Assembly (NCBI GenBank): GCA_016839585.1
Contig: JAEOTZ010000073.1
Coordinates: 1 to 63,713 of the forward strand
DNA length: 63,713 nucleotides
Origin: Promethearchaeota archaeon
GTDB taxonomy: Archaea; Asgardarchaeota; Lokiarchaeia; Sigyniarchaeales; SOKP01
Direction: 5' to 3'
Below the pieces are notes generated by a model, which searched no databases, had not been told where the DNA came from, and saw nothing but the letters and a program-made list of their open reading frames with translations. Positions within the stretch are counted from its first letter, which is position 1, and each line of letters opens with the position of its first letter. Of this stretch, positions 51,175 through 61,321 are shown in pieces. Position numbers and translations under genes: made by a program.

Positions 51175-52011
51175 TCATAAACCTTTTAAATAATTGATTA
51201 CCTTAGAAATGGAAGTGGGTATATATTGATTAAATAATTTTTCTTCTTTTAATTGATTGAAAATTGAATAAATGACAGGTTTATTTAATCTTAATGTATG
51301 AAAGTTAGTACCATTAATAATTTTATCACTATTATCATGTTCAATTAAGTTTCCATCTTTCATTAAAATTATTTCATTGGCAAATGGCAGGACTAAATCT
51401 AAACGATGTTCACTAATCAAAATAGTTATCTGTTTTTCTATTTGAATTTCTTTTAACAATTCAATTATTTTTTTTGCCATATAAGGGTCCAATAAGGCAG
51501 TAGGTTCATCTAAAACAATGATTTTTGGTTCGAGGACTAAAATTGAAGCAATAGCTACCCTTTGTTGTTCACCACCACTTAATTCAAAGGGTGCTTTATC
51601 TAAAAGGTGTTCAATTTCTGTTATTTTAGTAACTTCTTTTATTTTCTTCGAAATTTCTACAGATTCAATCCCCAAATTCTCTAAACCAAAGGCAATTTCA
51701 TGCTCTACATTCATTGCAACTAATTGATTCTCAGGATTTTGAAACACTATGCCGACTTCAGTTGATAAATCTGCAATTGGTGTTATTGTTGTATCCTTTC
51801 CAGAGATTTCAACACTTCCCCTATAAAATCCTGAATAAAATTGAGGGATTAAACCATTCATGCATCTAATTAACGTCGTTTTACCAGATCCCGTTTCTCC
51901 ACAGAGTAATATAAACTTATTGTCTTCAATCTTTAAATTAATATTGTTTAGTGCATACTCTTCATTCCCTTTATATCGATAGTAGAAGTTTTTATATTCA
52001 ATTAAAGTCAT
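51175..52011 (-). CDS. ecfA1: ECF transporter ATPase
   Basis: GETGSGKT, FQNPENQ, LSGGEQQR, SEH. Confidence 0.88.
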   Translation of the reverse strand: MTLIEYKNFYYRYKGNEEYALNNINLKIEDNKFILLCGETGSGKTTLIRCMNGLIPQFYSGFYRGSVEISGKDTTITPIADLSTEVGIVFQNPENQLVAMNVEHEIAFGLENLGIESVEISKKIKEVTKITEIEHLLDKAPFELSGGEQQRVAIASILVLEPKIIVLDEPTALLDPYMAKKIIELLKEIQIEKQITILISEHRLDLVLPFANEIILMKDGNLIEHDNSDKIINGTNFHTLRLNKPVIYSIFNQLKEEKLFNQYIPTSISKVINYLKGL

Positions 52012-52053
52012 ACTTACAGAAAATTCATTTCCACTTTTGATTATTAATAATAT

Positions 52054-53067
52054 CTATTCATTTAAAACTTGTTTAATTTTCTCAATGATTTTATCTAAAA
52101 TATTTTTTACTTCCATTTTGCAAGTTAAAGATGCCGCACCATCATGTCCACCACCACTTCCTTCACAATATTCTGATATTTCTTCTAAAATTTTGCCAAC
52201 ATGTAAACCTGTTCTTAAACAAAGGTTTTTTTTTGCCCTTATTGTAATTATTGATTCTAACTTTTCTTTTGAATGTACAATACCAATATCAAATCCTACT
52301 TTAATCAACATCGATGCAATATTAGATCCATAACTACTAACATTTGTTATTCCAATTAAATAATCTCCTTCACGATATAGTCCAACTCTTTGTAAGCCCT
52401 TTATTTTTGCTATTTTCTCAGACAGTTCTACCTCTGTCTCAAGTAATAATTTTATATCTTGAATATCTAAATCATTATTCAATAAGTTACTTACGTTTTT
52501 AATGGTTCTATTGTTTCCATATCTAAAGTAACCTGTGTCTGTTAAAATAGCAGCAGCTATAAGAAATCTAATAGGAGGAGTTAATTTTAAGTTATACCTT
52601 TCAAACAATTCTAAAATAATTTCTGCTGTAGAAGAAAAGTTCTCAAATATTAAATTTAATGGATTTAAAGTATCTAAATTATTTTTTTTTTCTAAATAAT
52701 GGTGGTCTATAAAAATAAAGGGAATTTTAGATTCTGAAATTTCGAAATTTCTATCTAAAGCTGTTTGACTTGTTTTATTCGTATCTAATATTAAACAGAC
52801 GTTAAAATCTGTTAAATTAATGGATTTCTCATAAAAAAAGTTAAAATTAAGAAACTTTCTACAAAGTTTTTTCATAAATTCTTTTGTAGGTTTTGAAAGG
52901 TCTGAAAAAATTATAGAGACTTGTTGATTTTCAAAGTATTGGTTTAAAAAATATTTTAACCCATAACAAGATGCTAAACCATCAATATCAACTAAATCAT
53001 GAGTTGTAATCAAAATTTTTTTATTTTTTAAATATGCTAGAAAAACACTAAATTCATTAGTGGACAT
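52054..53067 (-). CDS. DHH/DHHA1 phosphoesterase
   Basis: H...DID, IDHH, TDTG, GGGH. Confidence 0.92.
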   Translation of the reverse strand: MSTNEFSVFLAYLKNKKILITTHDLVDIDGLASCYGLKYFLNQYFENQQVSIIFSDLSKPTKEFMKKLCRKFLNFNFFYEKSINLTDFNVCLILDTNKTSQTALDRNFEISESKIPFIFIDHHYLEKKNNLDTLNPLNLIFENFSSTAEIILELFERYNLKLTPPIRFLIAAAILTDTGYFRYGNNRTIKNVSNLLNNDLDIQDIKLLLETEVELSEKIAKIKGLQRVGLYREGDYLIGITNVSSYGSNIASMLIKVGFDIGIVHSKEKLESIITIRAKKNLCLRTGLHVGKILEEISEYCEGSGGGHDGAASLTCKMEVKNILDKIIEKIKQVLNE

Positions 53068-53223
53068 AATATTTGAAAAATCAATTATTATATTATTAAA
53101 ATTATTTAGAACCTAATTAATTAAGTTTTTTTATATAAATAGAAAAGTTAATTTAAAATTAAAAATTAAGATTATTAAATTAGTTATCAAGGTTATTCAT
53201 GCCTGTAATTTGAAGTGATTTGA

Positions 53224-53514
53224 ATGCCCAGTAAAAAGGTTGGAATCAGTGGTCGGTTTAAGGCGAGATACGGTGCTACTCTCAGAAAAAGATGGAGACA
53301 GATCATGGAAAAACAAAAAGGTGATAGTATGCGATGCCCTAAATGTGAAACAAGAGGATCAATTTATCGTGTCTCTGTAGGTATTTGGCATTGTAAAAAG
53401 TGTAACGCAAAGTTTACTGGTGGTGCTTATAATATAGAAACACCTCGAGGTGCAGAATCTTTTCGCGTTGCGAAACGCAAGCAGAGAGAATTAGAAGTAA
53501 TTGAGGAAGAATGA
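53224..53514 (+). CDS. rpl37ae: Ribosomal protein eL43 (L37ae)
   Basis: RYGATLR, CPKC, GIW.C.KC, GGAY. Confidence 0.96.
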   Translation: MPSKKVGISGRFKARYGATLRKRWRQIMEKQKGDSMRCPKCETRGSIYRVSVGIWHCKKCNAKFTGGAYNIETPRGAESFRVAKRKQRELEVIEEE

Positions 53515-53783
53515 ATCCAACTAATTATTTTACAATAAAAGCTACAATTGAAATAATATTTAAGAATCCTCAATTACGTGATATTTCTTATAACTCTTTC
53601 TCACCAGAATTCAAGAGGTTACAAACAAAGAGATCAGTAGTTTTAATGGAAAAAAAGAGTAATAATTCTTTATCATTTCAAATAGAGAGTCAAGATATTA
53701 CTGCTTTTAGAGCAACTTTAAATGAGATTATAAGTTTTGGGAAAATAATTGATAATACATTAAAAATTACTGATAATTCATAG
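53511..53783 (+). CDS. pcc1: KEOPS subunit Pcc1
   Basis: RS...D.TAFRATLN; position between L37ae and pfdB. Confidence 0.82.
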   Translation: MNPTNYFTIKATIEIIFKNPQLRDISYNSFSPEFKRLQTKRSVVLMEKKSNNSLSFQIESQDITAFRATLNEIISFGKIIDNTLKITDNS

Positions 53784-53851
53784 GAAAAGGATTTATTATT
53801 TAATATATAAAATAATTTATTGAAATAATAAACATAGAGTAATGGAAAAGT

Positions 53852-54214
53852 ATGACTATAAATCTAGACGAGTTAGATGAAGAACAAAGAAAGAAAATAA
53901 TTAATTTAAACAATCTACAACAATCCTTTGAATTTATAACAACTCAAAGAATTCAGCTTGAAAGCAATCTCAGGGATACAGAGATAGCTATAGAGGAGTT
54001 AGAAAAAATTAACCCAGATGACGCTGTATACAAAGCAATAGGAGGAATTTTGTTAAAGAGTGAGAAAAATAAATTATTAGATGAGAAAAAAAGTTTGAAA
54101 GTTACTTTGGAGATGCGATTGAAAACATTGAAGCAAAAAGAAGAACGTGTAAAGAATCAAATCGAGACTATGAGAAAGTCTCTACAAGCCGAGTTTCAAG
54201 CTAAAGGAGATTAA
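53852..54214 (+). CDS. pfdB: Prefoldin beta subunit
   Basis: Coiled coils flanking VYKAIGGILL. Confidence 0.93.
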   Translation: MTINLDELDEEQRKKIINLNNLQQSFEFITTQRIQLESNLRDTEIAIEELEKINPDDAVYKAIGGILLKSEKNKLLDEKKSLKVTLEMRLKTLKQKEERVKNQIETMRKSLQAEFQAKGD

Positions 54215-54348
54215 CTGGAGGATTTTTTATTTTTGAATTTCTCACATACTATTTTTTTCCAGTGCATTAGTATGATTTTAAATAACTTGAATTTTTTATT
54301 CTCTTTTTGTTTTAAATAAGTTTAAAAAAAATTTTTAGTTTAAAAAAA

Positions 54349-55176
54349 TTATTTATATTTCGCTTTATATTGCCAAAGATTCAAATCTTTTCTAAGTTTC
54401 TTACCAATTTCTAATGATTTGTCACCTAACATTTTAAGTTCATCTATGGAAAAGGTAGCAGCTCCACTTTTTTGAATTGAAGTTATCTTATCTTCTGTAA
54501 CTGATATTGAAATTCTACCATCACACACTAATTCTTCCGGTAAATTGGGGTCTAAAAAGACAATATCGCCAATTTTGCCATAAGTAATTACTATAGGTAA
54601 TTCATTTACTATTGATTCTCCAGTAAAATATTTACCTGTCCACTCAAGATTACCATTCTCAATTTTTCCTTCAGGAATATGAGCTGATATTAATGTTGTA
54701 AGAGCACTTATTCCTCCTGCATCAATTAGATTTCCATCATAATTTATAACATACATATCAACAAATAGTATATATACTGCTTCATTTTCTTTAATACAAA
54801 GCTTCTTAGTCTGAACACAATCTGCATGTCTAATTCCACGATCAACTACTCTAGCTAATTCAATTGACTGTTCATCAGGGGGTCCCCTTTCAAAGAGGGG
54901 AGAGGCTAGAGGTAACAATTCAGCCATGACAGTACAAACTCCTTCATTTGGCAGATCGGGAAATGGTTCACCAACTTCATATTTCAAACCTGTAATTATC
55001 CTTGTTTCACCAAGAGAAACATCTGCAGAACCTTCAGCTGAAGAGATAATATCGCTTTGTATTTTAAACTTACGGTAATCCCAAAGCCCTCTACCATCAA
55101 TTCTCTCTTGCTTTCTTAAATTATTTATTATATAATTTTTTTCAATTTTTGAAATGACTCTTTTAACATCCATCAT
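54349..55176 (-). CDS. rrp42: Exosome subunit Rrp42
   Basis: RIDGR, ELARVVDRGIR, DGNLID. Confidence 0.95.
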   Translation of the reverse strand: MMDVKRVISKIEKNYIINNLRKQERIDGRGLWDYRKFKIQSDIISSAEGSADVSLGETRIITGLKYEVGEPFPDLPNEGVCTVMAELLPLASPLFERGPPDEQSIELARVVDRGIRHADCVQTKKLCIKENEAVYILFVDMYVINYDGNLIDAGGISALTTLISAHIPEGKIENGNLEWTGKYFTGESIVNELPIVITYGKIGDIVFLDPNLPEELVCDGRISISVTEDKITSIQKSGAATFSIDELKMLGDKSLEIGKKLRKDLNLWQYKAKYK

Positions 55177-55178
55177 TT

Positions 55179-55964
55179 TTAACTTTCACCCTGATTCTCT
55201 TTATTTACTATTATTTCATCACTTTTTTCTTGTATTGTTAGAAACTTGCTTTTAAGAACTTCTAATTGAATTTGGTGAATTCTTCCAAGAGCATCTTTAG
55301 CTAGATCTAAAAATTCGCTCATCTCATTCAAATCCATATCTCCATCAAATTGTAATAACGATATTTCTTTGTTATACCATGTTATTGCACACGGTAGATC
55401 TGCTTCACCTGCTTTATCTTCAATTCCAGATAGATCAACTACAATTTTTCCATCAATTTTTCCCACAGCAACAGCTGATACCAAACTTTTCATAGGAATT
55501 CCCGCGTCTGCTAATGCTAAAGCTGCAACAGTAGTACTTGCACATCTTGTTCCACCATCAGCATTTATAACTTCAATAAACACTTCAAAACTCGTACCAG
55601 GATATAATTCAAGAAAAAGGATAGGTTCTATGCAGTCTGAAATTATCATTGAAATCTCCTTTTCTCGTCGTCCAGGAGCAGGTCTTTTTCTATCAAACAC
55701 TGAAAAAGTGGCCATTCTATAAAAAACTCTTAAAATTCCTCGATCTGGTTTAGCTAAATGATGGGGATGAACTTCTCTTGGCCCGTAAACAGCAGCAAAA
55801 ATTTTATTGTCTCCCCATTCTAAATATGCTGATCCATCAGCATTCTTTATAACACCTACTTCCATCTTTATGGGTCTTAACTCATTCTTTTCTCTACCAT
55901 CAAGTCTTTTACCATCTTCCCGGAATAAAACCTCAGGATATTCATCTTTAATTATTAAAGGCAT
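55179..55964 (-). CDS. rrp41: Exosome subunit Rrp41
   Basis: RLDGR, VYGPRE, RRE.EIS, ADGGTR. Confidence 0.96.
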   Translation of the reverse strand: MPLIIKDEYPEVLFREDGKRLDGREKNELRPIKMEVGVIKNADGSAYLEWGDNKIFAAVYGPREVHPHHLAKPDRGILRVFYRMATFSVFDRKRPAPGRREKEISMIISDCIEPILFLELYPGTSFEVFIEVINADGGTRCASTTVAALALADAGIPMKSLVSAVAVGKIDGKIVVDLSGIEDKAGEADLPCAITWYNKEISLLQFDGDMDLNEMSEFLDLAKDALGRIHQIQLEVLKSKFLTIQEKSDEIIVNKENQGES

Positions 55965-56741
55965 TTATTTGATACCTCTTTTCTCTTTTTCTTTTATAAT
56001 AAATTCTTGCATTCTATCTGTTAAGCCCACAATGTGAGCTTCTGATGCAATTTTATAAATAGATTCAATAACTAACCTCTCATGAGCTAAATCTTCGCCC
56101 TTTAACCAAATTCGACCATTTTGCGTAACAAAGATATTACAATTCGTTAAATTTTTTAACATTTTAATCATAGATCCACTACGACCAATCACTCTTGGTA
56201 TTTTTGGTGGATCTATAGAAATTACAATTCCATTCGATTTTTTGCCTAAATATTTTCCAATAGTGGTTAATTCAGGTTTATTTAGACGATCTGCTGAAAG
56301 AATTTTTACAACTAAGATATCTCCAATGTCAAATTTATCAGTGGATAATCTTTCTTGTTCAAAATCCTTTCCTCTTCCTCCACGGATTCTCCCCTTTCTT
56401 ACAGTATTCTTAGGTTTAAGTTGAGCATAGTCTTTAGCGTTTATATCACATTTATATTTAACAGGATTCTTGTCGACTACAAGTGCAATTGCCTTATCTC
56501 CAGGACGAGGGGTATAGAACCCTCTTAAAGGAATGACATTTATATAATTCTTTTTAATTTGTTTTAATCCTATACTTAAGGATATAATTTTATCTCTTTC
56601 TTTATTTAAAATTGTGCCTCTTCCAGGTAAAAAATTCTTTGTATCTTCTGTTAATACTTCTCCAGGAACTACAAGATCTCTAGTAGTTTCTTCATCTTCA
56701 AACTCATCGAGTTCTTCGGTCTGATCTTTATCATTTTCCAT
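55965..56741 (-). CDS. rrp4: Exosome RNA-binding subunit Rrp4
   Basis: VVPGE, S1 and KH domains (RVIGRSGSMI), NGRIW. Confidence 0.95.
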   Translation of the reverse strand: MENDKDQTEELDEFEDEETTRDLVVPGEVLTEDTKNFLPGRGTILNKERDKIISLSIGLKQIKKNYINVIPLRGFYTPRPGDKAIALVVDKNPVKYKCDINAKDYAQLKPKNTVRKGRIRGGRGKDFEQERLSTDKFDIGDILVVKILSADRLNKPELTTIGKYLGKKSNGIVISIDPPKIPRVIGRSGSMIKMLKNLTNCNIFVTQNGRIWLKGEDLAHERLVIESIYKIASEAHIVGLTDRMQEFIIKEKEKRGIK

Positions 56742-56830
56742 TATAATTTTTCACTTTTCGTTAATAATTATCCATTACCTAACCGATATAAAAAAACAAC
56801 ATAATTTAGAATGAATAAAAACCTTTTAGG

Positions 56831-57622
56831 CTAGGATTTTAAGAGTTTAGTTTGAACTCTTCCATGTGTTAATTTATTTAACTTGTCTATTAACTCAATT
56901 TGAAAACCTGCTGGTAAAGAAATTACAGATACCCAAGAACCATCAGATTGCCATTCCTCCTTCTTAATTTGAGCATATTGAGCAACAATATTGTAACCTT
57001 TTGCTGTAAAAGCTGAAGGTATTTTAATCGCCATCTCTACTTGTTCTATTCGGATTGGAATTATGGCTCTTATGCTTTTTACAATATCATCAACTTGTTC
57101 TTCAGCACTTCTCATTAAATCTATATTAACTTTTGCTTCTTCAATAGCTTTTTCAATTCTTTGATAAGGATGTGGTTTTTTATTCTGTGGGTTTATAGCG
57201 TTTTTACTAATTATAGTTATAATTTGCTTTAATTTTTTGCTTCTTTCCTCTTCTCGTTGAGCTTTTGTCCAGTGAATTTCTCCATCTAATAATACAAAAG
57301 CAGCAATTTTCATACCCTCAGTAGTTTCGAAAACAGCCTCCATATCTCCATCAGTAGCTTTTTTACCCCTTCTTAAATCTTCAAATACCGTGAAACTTTC
57401 AAAAATTAATTCTAAATCAATTTTTTGATCATTTAATAATTCATCAACAGTCATTCGCGACTTTAAATTACCTGCCTTTAATCTTTTATCGATTTCTTCA
57501 CGAATAATTTTTTTAGCTTCCCATGCTTTCTCTGGATCCATTAACATTTCGAATATTCTTCCTGATTTTTCAATGCGTCCAATGATTAAACCGCCTAAGT
57601 CTATTCTTGCTCTATCTATCAT
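56831..57622 (-). CDS. Ribosome maturation factor SBDS/Sdo1
   Basis: FE..DP, INPQ..PHP..RIE, IIPI. Confidence 0.92.
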   Translation of the reverse strand: MIDRARIDLGGLIIGRIEKSGRIFEMLMDPEKAWEAKKIIREEIDKRLKAGNLKSRMTVDELLNDQKIDLELIFESFTVFEDLRRGKKATDGDMEAVFETTEGMKIAAFVLLDGEIHWTKAQREEERSKKLKQIITIISKNAINPQNKKPHPYQRIEKAIEEAKVNIDLMRSAEEQVDDIVKSIRAIIPIRIEQVEMAIKIPSAFTAKGYNIVAQYAQIKKEEWQSDGSWVSVISLPAGFQIELIDKLNKLTHGRVQTKLLKS

Positions 57623-57751
57623 ATTGTGATTTCACATTCTGTTGATTATATTACCTAGATTTTCCTTTTTTGCCAATTCTTTGTCTTTGCGTTAAAAGAT
57701 AAATGTAAAGAGCTTTTACCTTGATATTGCCCATAAATTATATTAGATTAA

Positions 57752-58468
57752 TTATAATTTATTTAATAATTCCTCCTTTTCATCCAAACTAAGTAGCCTA
57801 AAAGTTTTATCTTCCTTCAAAATAAAGGCTACATCACAGGTATTTTTATTTAAATTATCTCCCATAAGTTCTTTTAAAGCTCTTAATGGTAATAATTTTA
57901 ATTCCTCATCTATCATATCTTCTTTATAATGTTCTTCAAGGTATGCTCTTGCTTCTGTTGCTCCGGAACCAATTGCGAATGCGTAATATGACCACATTGC
58001 ACCACTAGGATCCGTTAAATAAAGGGATGGACCATTTTCATCAATTCCAGCAATCAGAAACGACACACCGAATGGTCTAACACCCGCATTCTGGGTAAAG
58101 ACCTGTTTGTATTCGCATATATTTAATGTGCTGTCCTTCACGGAAATCGTCTCATCATAATTCAATAAATTAATTTGAGCTTGAACCCTGGCTCTATCAA
58201 TTAAAACTCGGGCATCAGCGGTAAGTCCCGCGATAGCTACCCCAATATGATCATCAATTTTAAATATTTTCTCTGACCCTAGGGTTTCCTCTTGTAATTG
58301 AGAGCTCTTTTTCTCAACCGCAAATACAACTGAATTTTTATTTCTACATACTATTGCGGTAGTACCCCTTCGAACGGCTTCAATAGCATATTCTACTTGA
58401 AATAGCCGTCCTTCAGGTGAAAATTGGGTTATGGCCATATCATATCCTCTTCCCGCTTGCTGGAACAT
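57752..58468 (-). CDS. psmA: Proteasome alpha subunit
   Basis: GYD.AITQFSPEGRLFQVEYA. Confidence 0.98.
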   Translation of the reverse strand: MFQQAGRGYDMAITQFSPEGRLFQVEYAIEAVRRGTTAIVCRNKNSVVFAVEKKSSQLQEETLGSEKIFKIDDHIGVAIAGLTADARVLIDRARVQAQINLLNYDETISVKDSTLNICEYKQVFTQNAGVRPFGVSFLIAGIDENGPSLYLTDPSGAMWSYYAFAIGSGATEARAYLEEHYKEDMIDEELKLLPLRALKELMGDNLNKNTCDVAFILKEDKTFRLLSLDEKEELLNKL

Positions 58469-58623
58469 TCTAATCCACCTAAAAGATTTTTATTTGTTTT
58501 TTAAATTTATATTATTTTTTTATTACTGATTAAAAAGTAGTAATAAACAATATAATAAATATTTTTTTTATATAATTTAAAAATAGAATTCAATTAAATA
58601 GGTTATATTCTATTATATCATTT

Positions 58624-59604
58624 TTATTGATTGTTTTCTTTTATTTCTTCTGTTTTTTCAACCTTGGATTTTTTTCGCTTTTCTTTAATTTTTTGAAGAG
58701 TTATACCTCGTAGATTTATCATTTTTCTAATAAAAATAAATGATGCTAATGTTATACCAATCAAATAGAAGATATTTATTGTCCAAAACATATTAGAAAT
58801 TTCAGTGTAAAAGTTAAAGTTAAAAATTGGTGAAAGAGTAGCTATTATTCCAATACATGACATTGCAATGATTATAGCTATTTTTTCATAATTTTTGGGT
58901 TCTCCATCCAAATATTCAAAAATAGCCAACCAGAACATAACACAGATAAAGGTTATGGGTGAAAAAGTTAAGGAACCAATTGCGATTATTAATAAGAAAT
59001 ATACTGCAAGCTTGCTCTGCCACAAATTTAGCAATTCCTTTATTGTCATTTGATCTTGTATTTGTACTTTCGCGTAATCTTTTCTAAATTTAAAATATTT
59101 TTTTTTAATTCCTCTTCCTACTTTCTTCACTGATTTTTTAAATCCCTGAAATTTACCTTGTTCTAATGCTTTTTCGAATTGTTCGCTAATTATTGGAATT
59201 ATGTATAAATTAATAAGTAAAGAGGCGATTCCATAAATAAATAAAATCAAATCAATCCAAAAGATAAATTTATCTTGAGAGAATAATCCAGGATCAAGGT
59301 AACTTGAAATTACCTGATAAATGGCCCATATGATTAATATAAGGGGGATAACAATCTGAGCAATTACAATATTATTAATGATTTTTTCATTTTTACCAAT
59401 CTTTTCTTTTGTTTTATCTAACAATAACAAAAATCCATTAGAAATGCTAAGTATCAGACCAAATCCAGATAGAAATTTAACAACCCAGAAAAAGATTAAA
59501 AATGTAAAATTCACCTTTAAAATTCCAAATAAAATAAGAATCATAAGAATTGTTGTAGCAACTAAACCAATAATATAAATTATGAGATAATTTCTATCAT
59601 TCAT
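58624..59604 (-). CDS. Multi-TM membrane protein of unknown function
   Basis: About 7 hydrophobic helices with a basic cytoplasmic loop. Confidence 0.7.
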   Translation of the reverse strand: MNDRNYLIIYIIGLVATTILMILILFGILKVNFTFLIFFWVVKFLSGFGLILSISNGFLLLLDKTKEKIGKNEKIINNIVIAQIVIPLILIIWAIYQVISSYLDPGLFSQDKFIFWIDLILFIYGIASLLINLYIIPIISEQFEKALEQGKFQGFKKSVKKVGRGIKKKYFKFRKDYAKVQIQDQMTIKELLNLWQSKLAVYFLLIIAIGSLTFSPITFICVMFWLAIFEYLDGEPKNYEKIAIIIAMSCIGIIATLSPIFNFNFYTEISNMFWTINIFYLIGITLASFIFIRKMINLRGITLQKIKEKRKKSKVEKTEEIKENNQ

Positions 59605-59652
59605 AAATAATGTAAAAAACGGTTAAATATAATGTTTTTCTAGTTAGTTGGA

Positions 59653-60024
59653 TTATGACCAAGCAATTTTATTGATAAAGATTGACCATTCCAGCAATAT
59701 CATACCTTCATCTCTGGTATGAGCAATAAGGTAATACCCCTCCTTAGTAATTGAACCTACAATATTTCCTTTCCCAGCGCCAATATTTTTAGCGGCTAAT
59801 TGGATCTCGTCGTTTTTTAAAATAGCAAATCGGTGATTTTGAAACATAAGAGCGGATTCTTTTGATTTCCAAGCCTCAAGGATTGCTTTTGCTTCTTCAT
59901 TAGTTAAAGGAAAATCTCCAGACTTGAAGATTATATCTCCCTCTCCATTTAAAAGAAAAGTTTCTTCAACACCTTCATATTCGTTTAATGCATTTACCAA
60001 ATAATCAAATCTATTTTTATCCAT
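59653..60024 (-). CDS. Profilin-like protein
   Basis: 123 aa; G.II..S.., F...RFAIL, AAKN..GKGNIV pattern typical of Asgard profilins. Confidence 0.65.
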   Translation of the reverse strand: MDKNRFDYLVNALNEYEGVEETFLLNGEGDIIFKSGDFPLTNEEAKAILEAWKSKESALMFQNHRFAILKNDEIQLAAKNIGAGKGNIVGSITKEGYYLIAHTRDEGMILLEWSIFINKIAWS

Positions 60025-60201
60025 TTTTTTTCAGCTTCTCAACAATTTTATCTTTAATTTTATTGAAAAGTAAAACTTTTGTAATTTAAATCTTTTTAGA
60101 ACTATAGGTAAAATATTTTATAATTGCATCTAAATTATTTTACTCGAAATATGTTAATAACTTTTTAGTTAGATTGTTCACGTTAATTCAAAATTCACTT
60201 T

Positions 60202-60987
60202 ATGACAAAAATAATCGTTCTATTTGATAAAATTTATAATATTTCTTCGGAAGAGAAGAAAAGAGAGATATTTATTAGATATCTTAAATATTTGAATGAA
60301 CACATCAAAGGTTTTTCAAAAACATCTATAAATATCAATAAACTACGAAATTTTGATCAAAGATTTGAAATTAGCATAAATGGTCCGGATGAAGATTTCC
60401 TTTTCAATTTATTGCAGAAAGAGATAGGTACTATAATTGAATTCAAAGATGTAAAAGAAGGACAGATATATAAAGGATCAATGGTGGATGTAGGGAAGGT
60501 TGGGTTTGGAATATTTGTTGATTGTGCAATCCTTAATCCAAAAGTAGATGTATTAATTAATTTGCATTCTCTTCGAACTCAATTATGTAATGGTAAGGAA
60601 AAATCTTTAAGGCAAATTGTAGAAGCATATGATCTTATTGACCATTTTCCTGTTTATGTTAGAATTACCAGAATTGATGAAGTAAATAACAAATTACAAG
60701 GAGAACTAGACCAGAAATCCCTTAAACTATTTAAGAAAATATTAAAGGAAAATATCGAATGTGTATTCCTAAGTGGTGATACTAAAGGGCAATTTAAAAA
60801 AGCATTAGCTAAAAAAGGACATTTACGAGACATTATCTCAATAAAAAGGTTTGGATTTTTAGAAAACCTTGTATTATTAAAAAAAGATTCTGATGCCCCT
60901 GGAATTATTGCTCATATTGGTAGGGAATTAAAAAATTGTAAATTAAGCGCTTTAAGACCTGAACGTATAAAAAAATTGCTTGATTAG
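60202..60987 (+). CDS. DUF2110-like S1/OB-domain protein
   Basis: DVGKVGFGIFVD, H.RDI, DAPGIIA.IG. Confidence 0.75.
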   Translation: MTKIIVLFDKIYNISSEEKKREIFIRYLKYLNEHIKGFSKTSININKLRNFDQRFEISINGPDEDFLFNLLQKEIGTIIEFKDVKEGQIYKGSMVDVGKVGFGIFVDCAILNPKVDVLINLHSLRTQLCNGKEKSLRQIVEAYDLIDHFPVYVRITRIDEVNNKLQGELDQKSLKLFKKILKENIECVFLSGDTKGQFKKALAKKGHLRDIISIKRFGFLENLVLLKKDSDAPGIIAHIGRELKNCKLSALRPERIKKLLD

Positions 60988-60997
60988 GTTAAAAAAA

Positions 60998-61074
60998 TGG
61001 TGGGCCAGGAGAGACTTGAACTCCCGACCTTCGCGGTGTAAACGCGACGTCATACCAAACTAGACCACTGGCCC
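60998..61074 (-). tRNA. tRNA-Val(TAC), CCA encoded
   Basis: GGGCCAG/CTGGCCC-ACCA; anticodon arm TCGCG-TTTACAC-CGCGA. Confidence 0.96.
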
Positions 61075-61081
61075 AAGTGAG

Positions 61082-61185
61082 CGCAATCGGAGGGATTCGA
61101 ACCCTCGAGTCCGTTCGGACACCGGTTTAGCAGACCGGCGCTTTCGGTACGCTTCCAGCGTTCTACCAGGCTAAGCGACGATTGC
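61082..61185 (-). tRNA. tRNA-Ser(GCT) with a 20-nt D-arm intron (61143-61162)
   Basis: GCAATCG/CGATTGC; CCGGT-CTGCTAA-ACCGG; long variable arm; BHB TGGT/ACCG with AG|A and AA|A bulges. Confidence 0.93.
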
Positions 61186-61321
61186 TTATTGTTTATAGAG
61201 ATATGTATCTTCTATTTTGAATATAACATTTCAAAATTTTAATATTTTATTATAAAATAATGAATCTTTTAAAAAAAAAAAGGAAAAATAAAATTAGATT
61301 ATTTATGTTTTAATGTTATTT

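Noticed and set aside
57420-57520. N-terminal insertion in SBDS as a possible intron
   Set aside because: In frame, helical protein-like composition, no BHB seen.
57651-57734. 27-codon ORF between psmA and SBDS (minus strand)
   Set aside because: Too short, with no recognisable motif.
2639-59578. Many short antisense or overlapping ORFs in the track (e.g. 2639-2902, 7399-7632, 27833-28123, 43287-43532, 55369-55722)
   Set aside because: Shadows of well-supported genes on the opposite strand or in another frame.
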